Source: Zancudomyces culisetae HAW-14-8
Lineage: Eukaryota; Fungi; Kickxellomycota
Reading direction: 5' to 3'
Length of the DNA: 64,000 bases
NCBI GenBank assembly: GCA_052426225.1
Contig: JBNJNM010000012.1
Location: forward strand, 1,798,001 to 1,862,000
Below the pieces are notes generated by a model that saw only the letters and a list, made by a program, of their open reading frames with translations, was not told where the DNA came from and did not search any database. The position numbers were made by a program, and so were the translations under genes. Shown piece by piece: positions 48,001 to 60,230 of the stretch (the stretch's first letter is position 1; every line of letters starts with the position of its first letter).

Positions 48001-50671
48001 ACGGTGTTGGTCAGTGTAACTCTCTTACTACCCTAGAATCAATTGCTGCGTTTTTTTTTTGCTTTCAACATGTATATCACCACTCACATGATTATCCAGA
48101 TATATACTCTAATAGCACAACATTTTAACTTATTTTCACAAAAAGCGGTATAGTAAGTTACTTAACCCTCATTGAACTGTGGCCAAACCAAAATAGTTAA
48201 CTATATGAGTATTTTTCTATCTGCTGTCAAGCACTTTGTTAAAAAACTTTTATTGGTAATGGATATTCATTTTTCAGTTATTAAAACTGATAATAAACCC
48301 TTTTCTTGATAACACGTCTACCTAAATAGAAAAAGGCTGTATTTTTTTGGAACTTCCTGGAATATCTTCACACACAAACACACAGAATAGCCAACACATG
48401 CCTAATCAGAAAAATATATTTGAATCAGCTCATATGGTTTCAACTATTATTATTTTATGATGAGCTTTTATCACTTTTTGAGCTTCCCTAACCCTTAGTT
48501 TTCACTAATACAACACCGTTTGCCACGACCTACTAAAACAGGTTAAATGACATATTTTAAACCACATATGCGTCATCAATATCGAGTAGAAATGACGATA
48601 GCGTTTCTCATAATTTTTGAATTATTATACACCCAGCAATATTTGGATAGCACATTTCAGCTTCGCTGAAACCTTTTGTCTAAAAATCAATTATTTCTTT
48701 TGATAAATAACGAAATCAAGCAAAATTTCAAAATTTTTTGGACCTGTCCACCTTTAAAACATTCTAAACATAACACATAACACACATCATTATTGCACAT
48801 CATTATCGCACATCACCCCATTTCGAGGCCTGCGTTTTTGTTCCGCTTCAACAGTCTTGGTTATAATTTATGTCCAAAACAGGCAAAGCCAGTAAATACT
48901 GAACACAGCTTTTTTCTCTGGGCACAAATAGACAATAGCAAAGTCCAAATATTTTCCAGCACAACTACTTGCTTACAGTAAGTGACATACCAAATTCTAG
49001 CATTACCAAGCTTTTTATTTTTAGAAATCGATGTACTTTTTTTAACGCTTTACCTCAATTCGGAGGTAAATGACAAAAAATACTAGAACTAGCATGGTAC
49101 TAATGTTATTTTTTTAATGTTATTATAATATTGTCCCCAAAATCATCACATTTTTCCGTATTCTAAATCATATAAACCCCATTCATTTTCCTTAATCTTG
49201 CTTATTCAAGCTTTATACGATTTAATATGTAAAATTTAGACAGTTTTAAATTAATTAATCCGCAAACTAGGATATACAGTAACATGTACAAGGCCCAGCA
49301 TATTCAAGACTTGTTATTTTTGATTTGCACCACAAAAATTCTGCATTACATAGGGAAAATAAAGCTTGGTAAAGCAACCCATGATGGAAATAGCATCCTT
49401 TCCAGTTTTCTCCCTCCCCTTTCAAACAATATCATTTTGGAGCCCCCTTTCAAGCAGTCTATGGTATTCATTTTTGGTACTCACTACTATCCTCATCACA
49501 ATTTTTGGATTTGTATAGCATTTATTTCCAGCTTTGACTTGGTCTTACTCTGAATATTCGTCGCTTTTTTTTTACATTTTAATAATAACCGAAAACTGTT
49601 TTACTGGATTTCCTAGATCAAAACTGGAATTAATAAGCCGCAATAGTTTTAATTTGGCAAAAAACTCTGTTAACTTTACTACCGACTTGGTTTCACATTC
49701 AATACAATTTACGTAATATGTATACTAAACTATCGAGAAAATCAATATTTCCTAATTGGGAAGATTAAAATTTTGTTATTTAATGACTAATGGGTAGCTA
49801 ATTAAAATAAAATATTGCATGTGAATAATAAACCTATTGCATTAACAGCAATGTCCAACATTATCAAACTTAGCCAATTATCATCACATGTGTTCTGGCA
49901 ATCATTCCAAGCTCTCCCTTCATATCTTGTCTAAACCACTTCTCCTCACTTGATAAGTTTGCTTATCGATTATCACTCATCATCTCAATACTTTTGTCCT
50001 TTAATAATTCAAACTGGATTGCATCACTTAACAAACATCATATACCTGTGCCAAAGTTCATAAGTTTGTATTTGCACTTTTCCATCCCTGCGGATATTCC
50101 AATAATCTTTTTTTTTTGAATTCGAGCATGAGTGGAATCACATGGAGATAAGCAATTATAGTGACTCCTTTGTTCCTTAACAATTTGTTAGTGTTATCAT
50201 TCGCATATGACAAAATCAACCTTAAATGTTACCACTACATACCATCGCCCTAGTGCGTTACTTTTTTTTTTATGTGCCCTTGGTGATGCACAAGCTTGGC
50301 TAAACTCATTCTCGTCTTTCTTCACTCTTCAAAAAAACAAAAAGGACATATGCGATCAACAAGACCGGAAATGGTATACAACACACTCATTACTTTTGGT
50401 AACCGGTGTATATTTTAAACAATGACAATACTCAGCCAAGTGTTCTTAGCATTCTAAAACGTTTTTTTTTTGCCATAGGCGCTTTTTTGTTGAGTACCGG
50501 TGTCCTTGGCCTACTCTCAATAAATTATTATACTTTTGAACTCTAGTGTTTACATTATGTTTAATGTATTTACTTGATTCTAAAATGACAGTGACCCCCT
50601 TGGTTATAACACTTTCAAAAAAAAAAGACTTTAAATGAGAATCAAGTAAAAGAATGCCGTTTGGATCAAAC

Positions 50672-51292
50672 TCATACGTTCCCTTCAATCGCGAATCCAG
50701 GGGGATACTTTGGCTTTGATATGCTATTGTGTATGAACACAAAAAACTCAAGTGCACACTCTCCTGTTTGAGAAGTCTCAAGTTCATCCAAACTGTTAGT
50801 ACTTTTAATTGTATAATATACTCCGTAGTCGTTGCCAGCTTTACAAACAGAAATCGTCAAGAACTGAGACTCGTCGTAGTAAATCGTAGAATACATTGCT
50901 TCTTTATCATGGTCTATTGCTGGGTATCCACAAACTTGACCAGCGCGGGTATTATCAATCAGAGGATTCCCATATTCCCACACTACACTATCTATTTTTA
51001 TCTCGTCATCTGTACTACAAACCTCTTTCAAAATACGTGTGTTGTAGGTATATTTACCCGCTTTATATTGCTCTTTGGGTGGTACTGCTCTCAAACCGAC
51101 TAAAGTTTTACTGTTTTCATAAAGCCCAAGAGCTTTAATAGCCCGCTTTGCAAGCGTTCCCCGATTGTATGTTGCATAGTCCTCCGAAAGCCTCGTTTTG
51201 TCTGCAAACTCTTCTATCGAGTCACTAAATGAGCTTACTACGGTTAAAAAACATAGCACAAGAACAAAAAAGCAGCTATTAGACCATTCCAT
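50672..51292 (-). CDS. Uncharacterised secreted four-cysteine protein, family member 2 (206 aa)
   Basis: ATG at 51292 gives signal-peptide-like MEWSNSCFFVLVLCFLTVVSS; paralog of members 1 and 3. Confidence 0.85.
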   Translation of the reverse strand: MEWSNSCFFVLVLCFLTVVSSFSDSIEEFADKTRLSEDYATYNRGTLAKRAIKALGLYENSKTLVGLRAVPPKEQYKAGKYTYNTRILKEVCSTDDEIKIDSVVWEYGNPLIDNTRAGQVCGYPAIDHDKEAMYSTIYYDESQFLTISVCKAGNDYGVYYTIKSTNSLDELETSQTGECALEFFVFIHNSISKPKYPPGFAIEGNV

Positions 51293-52172
51293 CTTTTCAA
51301 TCTTGTAAGCGGGTGATACTAATTGCAAATAAATATCTCAAAGTGGCTTATTGATGTATATATCCTTTTTAAACTAAAGGGTGTGAGTGGTAAGTATCGT
51401 TTCAATAGCATATTAAGTATGGTCATCTTTATTTTATATTAAAAAGAGATGTGTTTATTATACTTTACTCTGTTAAATATTTATACAAAAGATAAAACTG
51501 TTATCAACTCATGCAGGAACGTGCGTATTCTTATATTCACAAGTTTTAATTAATAGATTGGCAGTGATGGATTGCGTTTATTTACAAACTCGATATAATA
51601 TAACTAGGTTAATGATTAAACAATAAAACCAGACTTTAATGATGAGTATTTACACATCCAATAGCAGTTTTAATTGCAGAAAATAAAATTAAGCAAGAAA
51701 AGACTTGTAGTCTATTGCCTGTACTCTCGTGTATAGCCCTGTATAGCTAAGGGTAAGTAAACAGTTAAACATGAACAATCTTCGTAAGTGGAGAGTTTTA
51801 AATGATAATTATTATTGTTTTTTAATTAATATATTGGAAGCATTTTTGTAGTCGGAAATAATGGGGTTTACGGCAGAATGAATGTCAAAAAAGAAACTAA
51901 CGAGTCCTTAACTCGCAACTTTACCAACTCTTTGTTGTTTTTTTGACTTTGTCATAGGCATTAAAGTATAGAAATTCAAAAGTTATTCTGTATAGTTGGT
52001 TAACTGGTTTATTTTAATGCAAATATTATAGCCTGACACAGCCTACTAATTTTAATAAATGCGGTGGTAAATCTTCCGTACTAATTCTTAACTTGTTTTT
52101 TTCTTTCTTTTTAATAGACGCTACAGGTGGAATCGATATATTCATATATGAAATCCCAAGTAATGCGTTTAG

Positions 52173-52802
52173 TTATTTATTGATAAAAAAATCAGGAACA
52201 TATGCTGGCCGCTTAAAATTTTTCCAAATGGAAACGAATAACTCGTACGCACAATGGTTTGTTTGGTCTAACCCAAGCTGGTTCTTGTTATCAGTGTTTA
52301 CATATCCATATTTGAAAGTATATTTGTCATCGTTTACACAAAGCGAAACTAATAGAAGCAGATTCATATCACGTTGAGCAAGAGGTGATATCTCACCCGT
52401 ATCATAATCTATCAGTGGATATCCACATATTTGGCTATTCTTTGAATTATCACTTAATAGAGACCCTGGCTCCCACACCACAGTGTTTATTTTTGTCTTA
52501 TTCTCCGTGCTACATATCTCTTTTAAAAGATATGTATTGTAAGCACGTGTATCAGTGGCATTCTGACCCGCAAAAGGAATGGACTGGAATCCGACGAGGC
52601 CAGTACCGAGTCGATAGGAATTAAGTGCCTTAATTGCTTGCAGTCCAAGTGCTTCCAGGCTGTATATTGAATAATTTGGTGTAAGCTTTGTTGCTAGTGC
52701 AAGCATTTTGATTGTATCTGAAGTAATACATGGAACAACGTTGATATAGAACAACAGGTATGTAAAAGTTCTGATGGTTTTTTTAAACTTCATTTTCTTC
52801 AT
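52173..52802 (-). CDS. Uncharacterised secreted four-cysteine protein, family member 3 (209 aa)
   Basis: Basic N-terminus followed by hydrophobic TFTYLLFYINVVPC; paralog of members 1 and 2. Confidence 0.85.
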   Translation of the reverse strand: MKKMKFKKTIRTFTYLLFYINVVPCITSDTIKMLALATKLTPNYSIYSLEALGLQAIKALNSYRLGTGLVGFQSIPFAGQNATDTRAYNTYLLKEICSTENKTKINTVVWEPGSLLSDNSKNSQICGYPLIDYDTGEISPLAQRDMNLLLLVSLCVNDDKYTFKYGYVNTDNKNQLGLDQTNHCAYELFVSIWKNFKRPAYVPDFFINK

Positions 52803-52860
52803 ATGATTATTAACAATGATACTATTACATTAAATGACTTTAATGGATACTGGGGTGTGT

Positions 52861-52869
52861 TTTTATATA
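52861..52869 (-). promoter_or_regulatory. Putative TATA box upstream of secreted-family gene 3
   Basis: TATATAAAA on the minus strand ~60 nt upstream of ATG 52802. Confidence 0.4.
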
Positions 52870-53899
52870 TGCTTGAAAAACAGAAGCGTTAGCTAACCAA
52901 AGGAATGCTTTCTTTGTCAAAAGCAGAAAAAGCTTCTTGCAATTTATATCGTTTTTGAGGGACTGTACACTTACTCGGTATTAATGTGCAAGAAATGCCA
53001 ACATTATCTCAACTTTGTTAATAATCTGATAGGTGTATTTTCTGAGAGAATGGATCAGCTGTTAGCCAAGTAGAATAGAGAGGTTGGTCTATCAAATGTT
53101 TTAAAGGATTGTTGTGAAATGAGAGTATGAAATGGCCATTTTGTAGATAAAGCTTGGGAACGAGGAGGATATTGTCTAACTCCAAAAAAAAAATACAAAC
53201 AACCATCGGGTAATACTGGAATTGAATGAATGGAGATCGGTAAAAAAAAAATAGTAGAAACTGGAGTAATGGCGGAGTTGTTTTCTTTTTTATATATTTT
53301 TCCTTTTTATTTTTCGATATTCATGATCGTTGTTCATTTGTTTTTAAACGGATTTTGGGAAAAACAGACAAATATGATATTGTACAAAATGAAGGAAAAC
53401 AAAGGAACTTGAATAATATTGATAGAAGAAAAGCAAAGCAAGAAACGTATAATTAATATATCCATTAGGCCATATTTCATTCACTGACTTTAGCTTTTCT
53501 CTTGTAATAGCAATGCATTCTTTTATAAAGATTTAAAGAAGATACTAGTGGAAGTGTTGTTATCTTTTTTTTGGGGGGGGAGCGGGGGGTAGTCAGACAT
53601 AAATTATTGTTCAGAGGCGGAGTTTTGTGGTCTGTCGCAGTTTAGTGGAGATACTAAAACTTTACCAATTTTTTGTGCTTGATTTCTAAAACGAGTAGTA
53701 GTGACACGTGGAATCGGTTAGACTTTTAAAACATAAATACCATTCGAGGAAAAAAAAAATGTATACGTTATAGTTATTTGCTGGTAAATAATAATACAAT
53801 ATCCTTTTGAAATATCCACAAAAAAGGAAAAGAACAAACAGTAAGAAGAATAAAAGAGAAAAGCGGAACGTGGGGCGTGGAAAGAGAGAGAAATACAAT

Positions 53900-56192
53900 A
53901 TGGAAGAGAGCAGCAAATACAAAATATCAGCAATATTAAGTGGCCATAGGGGTGACGTAAGCAAAGATACAATGCTAATAATAAAAAAAGGCCAAGATGA
54001 ATATAATAGAATTAACAATGCGAATTGTACATATGGAATAGGTCAAGGGAACCGCATCGGTAGATGAGGACACAATTGTAACAGTAAGCAGGGATGGAAC
54101 TGGGATAATATGGGTGCGGAAGGGAAACAGAATGTTTGAGGCAGAAAAAACGTTAGTGGGACATGAAGGATATGTCAATTCCGTGGCTGTACTCAAAGAC
54201 CCGATTTATGGCGATAAAGGCAATAGAGGTAAGTTTTAAAAAAAGTGAATACAAAAAATTATTGACAGTGTTGAAATTGCGTCTAAATCGGATAAGGTGG
54301 AGTACCATTTTGGTTATAAAAAGAGGGGGATGGGAAAGAGGAGAGAGAAATATTAAACAGAAAGACAACAACAACAAAAAATAGGATATATATTGACAGG
54401 AGGAATGGATAAAATGGTGTATGTATGGGATATAAGTGATGTGGAGGAGCCAAAGTATGCATTGGTAGGGCACAAAGAGAATGTATGTACAATCGCCGGG
54501 TTGCATGGAGGGAAAGGTGTAGTTACAGGTTCATGGGATAAAACAGCAAGAGTATGGCATAACTGGGAGTGCATTCATACCTTGGAAGGGCATGAGGGAG
54601 CGGTGTGGGCAGTACTGGAGCTGGACGATGGAACAATTCTAACAGGTTCTGCAGATAAAGTGATACGAAGATGGAAAGATGGAAACTGCATTCAAAAGTA
54701 TGTGGGACATGATGATTGTGTGCGAGGACTGATGAAAGTGGGTGGGGAAACAGAGAGCTTTTTGTCGGTATCTAACGATGGGGCGGTAATCAAATGGAGG
54801 ATAGTTGACGGGTACATAGAGGATAAGATGGTTGGTCACGAGTCGTTTATATATTCAATGGCGGTGACATCTACAGGTGAAATAGTGACAGCAGGCGAGG
54901 ATAGGACAGTGAGAGTATGGAAAAACGGGGAAAACATTGAAACACTTATCATGCCAGTAACAACGATCTGGAGTGTTGCAGTGATGAGCAACGACGATAT
55001 AGTGTGTGGGGCAAGTGATGCGATGGGATATGTATTTAGCAGAAGCAAAGAGAGGCAAGCAGATGTGGAAGTGGAAGAGCAGCTGAAGAAGAAAAATGCA
55101 GAGTTTGCTGTAGCAAAGAAAACGATGGAAAAGCTGGATATGAGCAAAATTCCAGGGGTGGAAAGACTAGAGTATCCAGGCACAAAGGACCAACAGGTGA
55201 TTATGGTTAAGAAAGAAGGAAAAGTGGAGGCGTATCAATGGACAGTTGATGGAGAAAGTCAGGAGTGGGTGAAGGTAGGGGATGTAACAGACGTGGCAGA
55301 GCAGCAGCAGAAGCAGGAGTATGAGGGAAAGCAGTATGACTATGTGTTTTCGATAGATATTGGAGGAGGTACGGGTGAGGGTCAGGAGCATTTGCTGAAG
55401 CTTCCATATAACACCACCGAAAATCCGTATATGGCGGCTCAAAAGTTTATAGAAAGAAACAATCTAGACCAGAACTATTTGGAAGAGATAGCCATGTTTA
55501 TAATCAAAAATAGCGATCAAGGTCAAGGTCAAGGTCAAGCTCAGAACCAAGATCAAAGTGTAGGCAGCAATGACGGTTCAATATTCAATCCATATGCCCA
55601 GCCTATTGATGGCGGAGCTGGAGCAGCTGTGGGGACTGGTGGAGTTAACAAGGAATATAAATTTATAAAGTCGGCCAACCTAGACTCAGTATTTAAAAGA
55701 ATAGCTGAGCTGGCTAGCAAGAATGGCATCGAGAACACAAATTTGGGTGTTCTTGAACAGATTTGTAAGAAACTGGGTGGAACAATACCGACATCATCGC
55801 TGAGCAGAGACGATGTAGAGCAAGTGATATACACAGCAGCCATGTGGCCAGTGGAGCATCGGTATCCGATTTTGGATCTGTTGCGACTGATAGCTGGTAG
55901 ACCAGAAAACAGATTCATAGTGGACTACTGCAAAGCGAACCAGTTGGGGCTGGTGAAGTTTATGGAGCAAACATTTCAGGCTGAGCATGATTTGATTAGG
56001 CAGACAATGATGTTTCGGTTTTTGGCGAACCTGTATTCGACCGAGGAAGCTAGGCAGTGTGTAGAGCAAAACAGGCAGGATTTGGAGCAGGAAATAGTAG
56101 CTAAATACAGCAGTGTTGTCAGCAACAACAAGGACAAGAACAAGGCGCTGGAAAACTCGTACAATGCATTTTATTATAATTTTAGTCTATGA
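53900..56192 (+). CDS. DOA1: DOA1/UFD3/PLAA ubiquitin-binding WD40-PFU-PUL protein, 3 exons
   Basis: Exons 53900-53956, 54042-54228, 54385-56192. WD40 repeats (GH..WD), PFU EYEGKQYDYVFSIDI...LKLPYN...NPYMAAQKFI, PUL WPVEHRYPILDLLRL. Confidence 0.95.
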
Positions 56193-58830
56193 AGATTTAA
56201 TCCAAGTCTGTAAATGTTTAATGTGACTATAAAGAAAGGTATGAATGTCAGCTATAATTATGGGTAAAAGCACCTGGTTTAGCCAGTTGGAAAACCCTAC
56301 TAGTTTATACAAAATGTTGTGGTACAGCAAATTATAATTTATGATTTTCTCATATTTAAAAGTGGCTACATGATTCGACTTCAATTGGCGACTCAGGTTT
56401 GCTATAGATTTTTCTGTTCTGTTTATGTTTGTAGCTATTCGCATCGAATTTAAAAAGTCTTCCTGGTCCCCACCACTTCTGCTATTCCCACTCATACCCC
56501 GTTCTAAGTTTGTGCTACTGTTACATATTAAATTGCTGTAGTATACTAACCACGCTTCAATCACAAGCAAGCTGGTGAGCAGCTGTTTAATTATAACCAC
56601 ATACCGGCCAGTATTATCACCAACTCCACTGTATGAATCGTTATAGCCATTCTCCATGATTGCCGCTATTCCACGGCCACTAAAAAGTCCATTGCCAATA
56701 GCGTTGGTATTAATATTGCCACCACTACCACCACCACTACTACCGCCACCGCCACCACCACCACCACCACCACCACCACTACTTCCACAACCACTTCCAC
56801 TATTATCGTTAGTACCACTACAGTTACTGCCAACACTGTTGGTATTGCTGCTGCTTGTGATGCTTATTGGCCATGCGCTGTTTCCAATACTACCGGAATA
56901 CTTTTTTTGCAACGTTGCTGTTTGTTGACTGTTCTTGAAATTTGTATTCGTACTTGTATTTGATATATCAAAATAGTTTTTCCCACTCGTTATTTGCTTG
57001 AGCTTTTTAGACATTTGTTTGACAATATCTTCGCACACCCTTTCCAAATTCTCCAGAAAGATTCCTATCTTTATGCTATTCCTTTTCAGCTCTTCTTCTA
57101 TATGCTGTTCGTCGTTGCTACTTCTACCTGTGTTATTATTGTTATTTGTTTTGTTGTAGTCACCATGTGCCTCTTGGGGCCCTTTAACATTGTATTCGCG
57201 GCTGCTGGTAATTGTTGGCAGCTCAATGTCCGCACTACCTAATATCGTCTTGAGTAGCCTTTTCATTCCATTTATCTTGGTTTCAACATTATTTATCTTT
57301 AAGTTTATGTTCCTTGGACTGCTTATATTACTCCATACTTGCTTGCTCAAATAAAGCGTTGGTGTTATAAAACCTCCTTTCTTCATCATACTTCTTAGTA
57401 TCAGCCTGGTCATTATATACGGACCTAGAACACTTCGCCTGCTTTCCAAATATAGTCTACATACTTTAATATTTTCTCTCTCCTCTTCTTCCATCATGTC
57501 TACCTTATCGTCTCCTACCATTTCATGTCTGCTTTGGTCTCCCCCGCTCCTGCTGATGCTGTTCAGTAGTGTTTCTTCGCTGTTTATTGCCAAATTATTT
57601 TCACCAAGTCGTTTATATATCTTTTCTATCTTGGATATTATCCCTTTTGTACCTTTTATCTCATCTTTGACATTCTTTTCTTTTTCGTCCACAGATTCAC
57701 CTTGCACCCTCTCTACTTCCTCTTCGTAGTATCTTTCTCCATAATAGTCCTCTTGGTCGTATTCGCCCTCCTCCTCCTCTTCCTCGCCTTCTTCACCTTC
57801 ACCTTCCTCGTCTTCTTTACCTTCACCTTCTCTCCCCCCCTCCAGTTCTTCTTCCTCTTGTTGTTCCTCGTCTACATAATCTTCCTCCCCTTCCTCATGT
57901 GGCTCAATTATTTGTTCCATCTCGTATCCGTCGAATTCATCGTAGGTGTCTATTTCCTCTTTATTATAGTCAGTATCTAATATCTCTTCTATATGCTCTC
58001 CTATTGTACAAACAGATTCATGTCACACATCTTCGCTTTCCTCGATTTATATACGTACGTACCCTGCAATGATTTTTGCTGATTTCCATTTTACTTACCT
58101 TCAACATCATTTCCACCCGCCTCAACCACTACAACCTCATCTTCAGCATTCCCACTGCCTTCTTTTCTCTGTTTCCCCCCTATTTTCAGCTCATTCATTC
58201 CCCGCTCTAAATTATTTACTCCAACTTCGTTTTTTCCTTCTTTATCGCTTTCCTGCACCAGTTCAAAACTTCCCTCCCTTTCCGACTCATTTACCCCCAT
58301 TGCGTTTCCACTTTTCGCTTTTCTATTACTTTCACTGTTAATAGTTCTTCTATATGCACTTCGCTGAAATTCATTCAAGATTCTCACTCTCGTAGCATAG
58401 GTATCTTGCTATTTTTATTTTTTCCCCCATAAATATAAAAATTAAAAAACGCCTTGTATCATATTTTATATCATGTATTCTGAGTTTCAAATACATGTGT
58501 CTTTGTATATAGTTATATATTTTTTTCAGATATTCTGAAATTGTATAAAAAGGAGAAAAAAAAAATCATCATAATAATTCAATGTTGACTTACGAAATGA
58601 GTAAGCTTTAACCGACTCTCTTCATCGTTTGTTTGTTCTAGCACCAGGCTTAGCGTATCTATTGCTTCTAGATATGCCATTATCGCCTCTTTAATCTGTC
58701 CTCTATTATCTAGTGCTACTGCCAATTGCGCCTTTCGCAGTGCCAGGGTCAGCAGGAATCTAAACGATTTACTTCCTTTGCTTTCCATTTTATCTAACTG
58801 CTTTCTTCTGCCATGACTTCGATGTTCCAT
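56187..58830 (-). CDS. Fungal MIT-domain-containing protein, 3 exons
   Basis: Exons 58830-~58594, ~58409-58099, 58000-56187 join in phase. MIT: LLTLALRKAQLAVALDN...AIMAYLEA..L..VL......L...QDTYATRV. C-terminal PY.M.R.I..SM..GGFITPTLYLSKQVW...KI..VETKI block. Confidence 0.85.
56720..56800 (-). repeat. (GGT)n poly-Gly/Ser coding repeat
   Basis: CCA runs on the + strand encode SGSGCGSSGGGGGGGGGGGGSSGGGSGG in the MIT gene. Confidence 0.9.
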
Positions 58831-60160
58831 ATTTAGTATTTCTATCGCCCACTACTAATATATTATTACAACAGATATCAAGCGTTTCAGGAAATAGTAA
58901 TAGCAACTCTTTACTATTGTTGCTAATTTCCCTAATTAATCAATTTATTCTATTTTTTTTTATTTCGTTTGTTCTAATTACAAATCGACCTTGGTTTTCG
59001 GATTTTTAAAAAAAATAAAAATATTATATATATACATAAATACATGTAAATACATAATCATCAAAAAAAAAATTTTTTTTTTGCTCGGAAATAGCTGGAG
59101 GGGAATATACGAGTTCCCTCAGCAAATATATTTTTGCTTGATTTCAGTCCCTTTTGCTATTCCTTTTCCCTTTCCCTTTTCAATATACCCTTTTTCCCTC
59201 TGATATCTTTTTCATATTAATTAATCCACCACCTTTTTTGCGTTTATTTGCTTTCAAGCTTTTCCTAAATTATGATTTATTTATCGCCTTTTTTCCTTAA
59301 TCTGTTTTGTTTCCATCAATTTGATATTGCCATTTTATTCGCTGTTTAAAAATAACATATCCTCTGTTCAGGCGATAAAGCGTTGATTAAACAAAATTTC
59401 TATCAAATCTTCACAAATTTAATTTCCATCATTTTTGTATATTTTCACCTAATACTTTCAGATTCTCTAGCTTTCACGCTTTATAAAAATTGGTAAGCTA
59501 AAGGAGCCAATAAAGATAAAAGAATAGGCGTTAGTTTGGGAAGCTTGGTATACTTTACTTTTCTATTTCTAAGTAGCTTGTCTCTAGCACATTTACTCCC
59601 ACCTTACAAGTGTATTACTTTAATTTCAAGCGTGATGCCCATCCTTTCCCTAGAGCCTGGCATGAATTCCGTCCTTCATAGCTACGCAAATATTACATTT
59701 TTGCTATATGGCCAATACAAATAGACGGTCCCTTGTACAAGATTTCGTGAGAAAAGAGCACGAGGGATGTTGAGAGGAGGGGAGGAGGGCTATTATAACA
59801 TTAGATATTAACTAGTGGGTCTAAAATCCCGATCCTCCAATCTTATATCTTGAAACATTTCCCCTATACTTGTGTGGAAAAAAAGAGCAAATACCTATCA
59901 ACGTATCCTTTATAGCACAACATCAGTATTTGCCAAGAAATACGGCGAGTAAAATAAATTAAAACCCCCCCCCCCAACTCAGCCCTGTTTCAAAACTAGG
60001 TAGCATAGCAAATCACCAGTAAGAATCTTTAACGTGCCAAGATTCCTTTCCAGCCAAAGCTGGAGATCACATATATCTGCATTGCTCCGCCATCCGCATT
60101 TACTTTAGTAGCTTTATGATTGTGAAATTCGAGAGTTGATGTTTTAAAATACACGATTTT

Positions 60161-60190
60161 GAGTTCGGCTGAGTTCGGCTGAGTTCGGCT
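60161..60190. repeat. Perfect tandem repeat (GAGTTCGGCT)x3
   Basis: Three exact 10-mers ~40 nt beyond the IST3 stop, next to a poly-C run. Confidence 0.95.
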
Positions 60191-60230
60191 TAGCCAGCCA
60201 GTCAACCTACCCCCCCCCCCCCGAGTTGTT

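Noticed and set aside
59903-60053. GTATCCTTT plus downstream TCTTTAAC resembling a U12-type intron
   Set aside because: No host gene on the + strand, and RTATCCTTT also occurs by chance elsewhere in the window (~39857, ~51360, ~53800).
60161-60190. Direct repeats as a CRISPR or telomeric array
   Set aside because: No spacers, eukaryotic context, only three internal copies.
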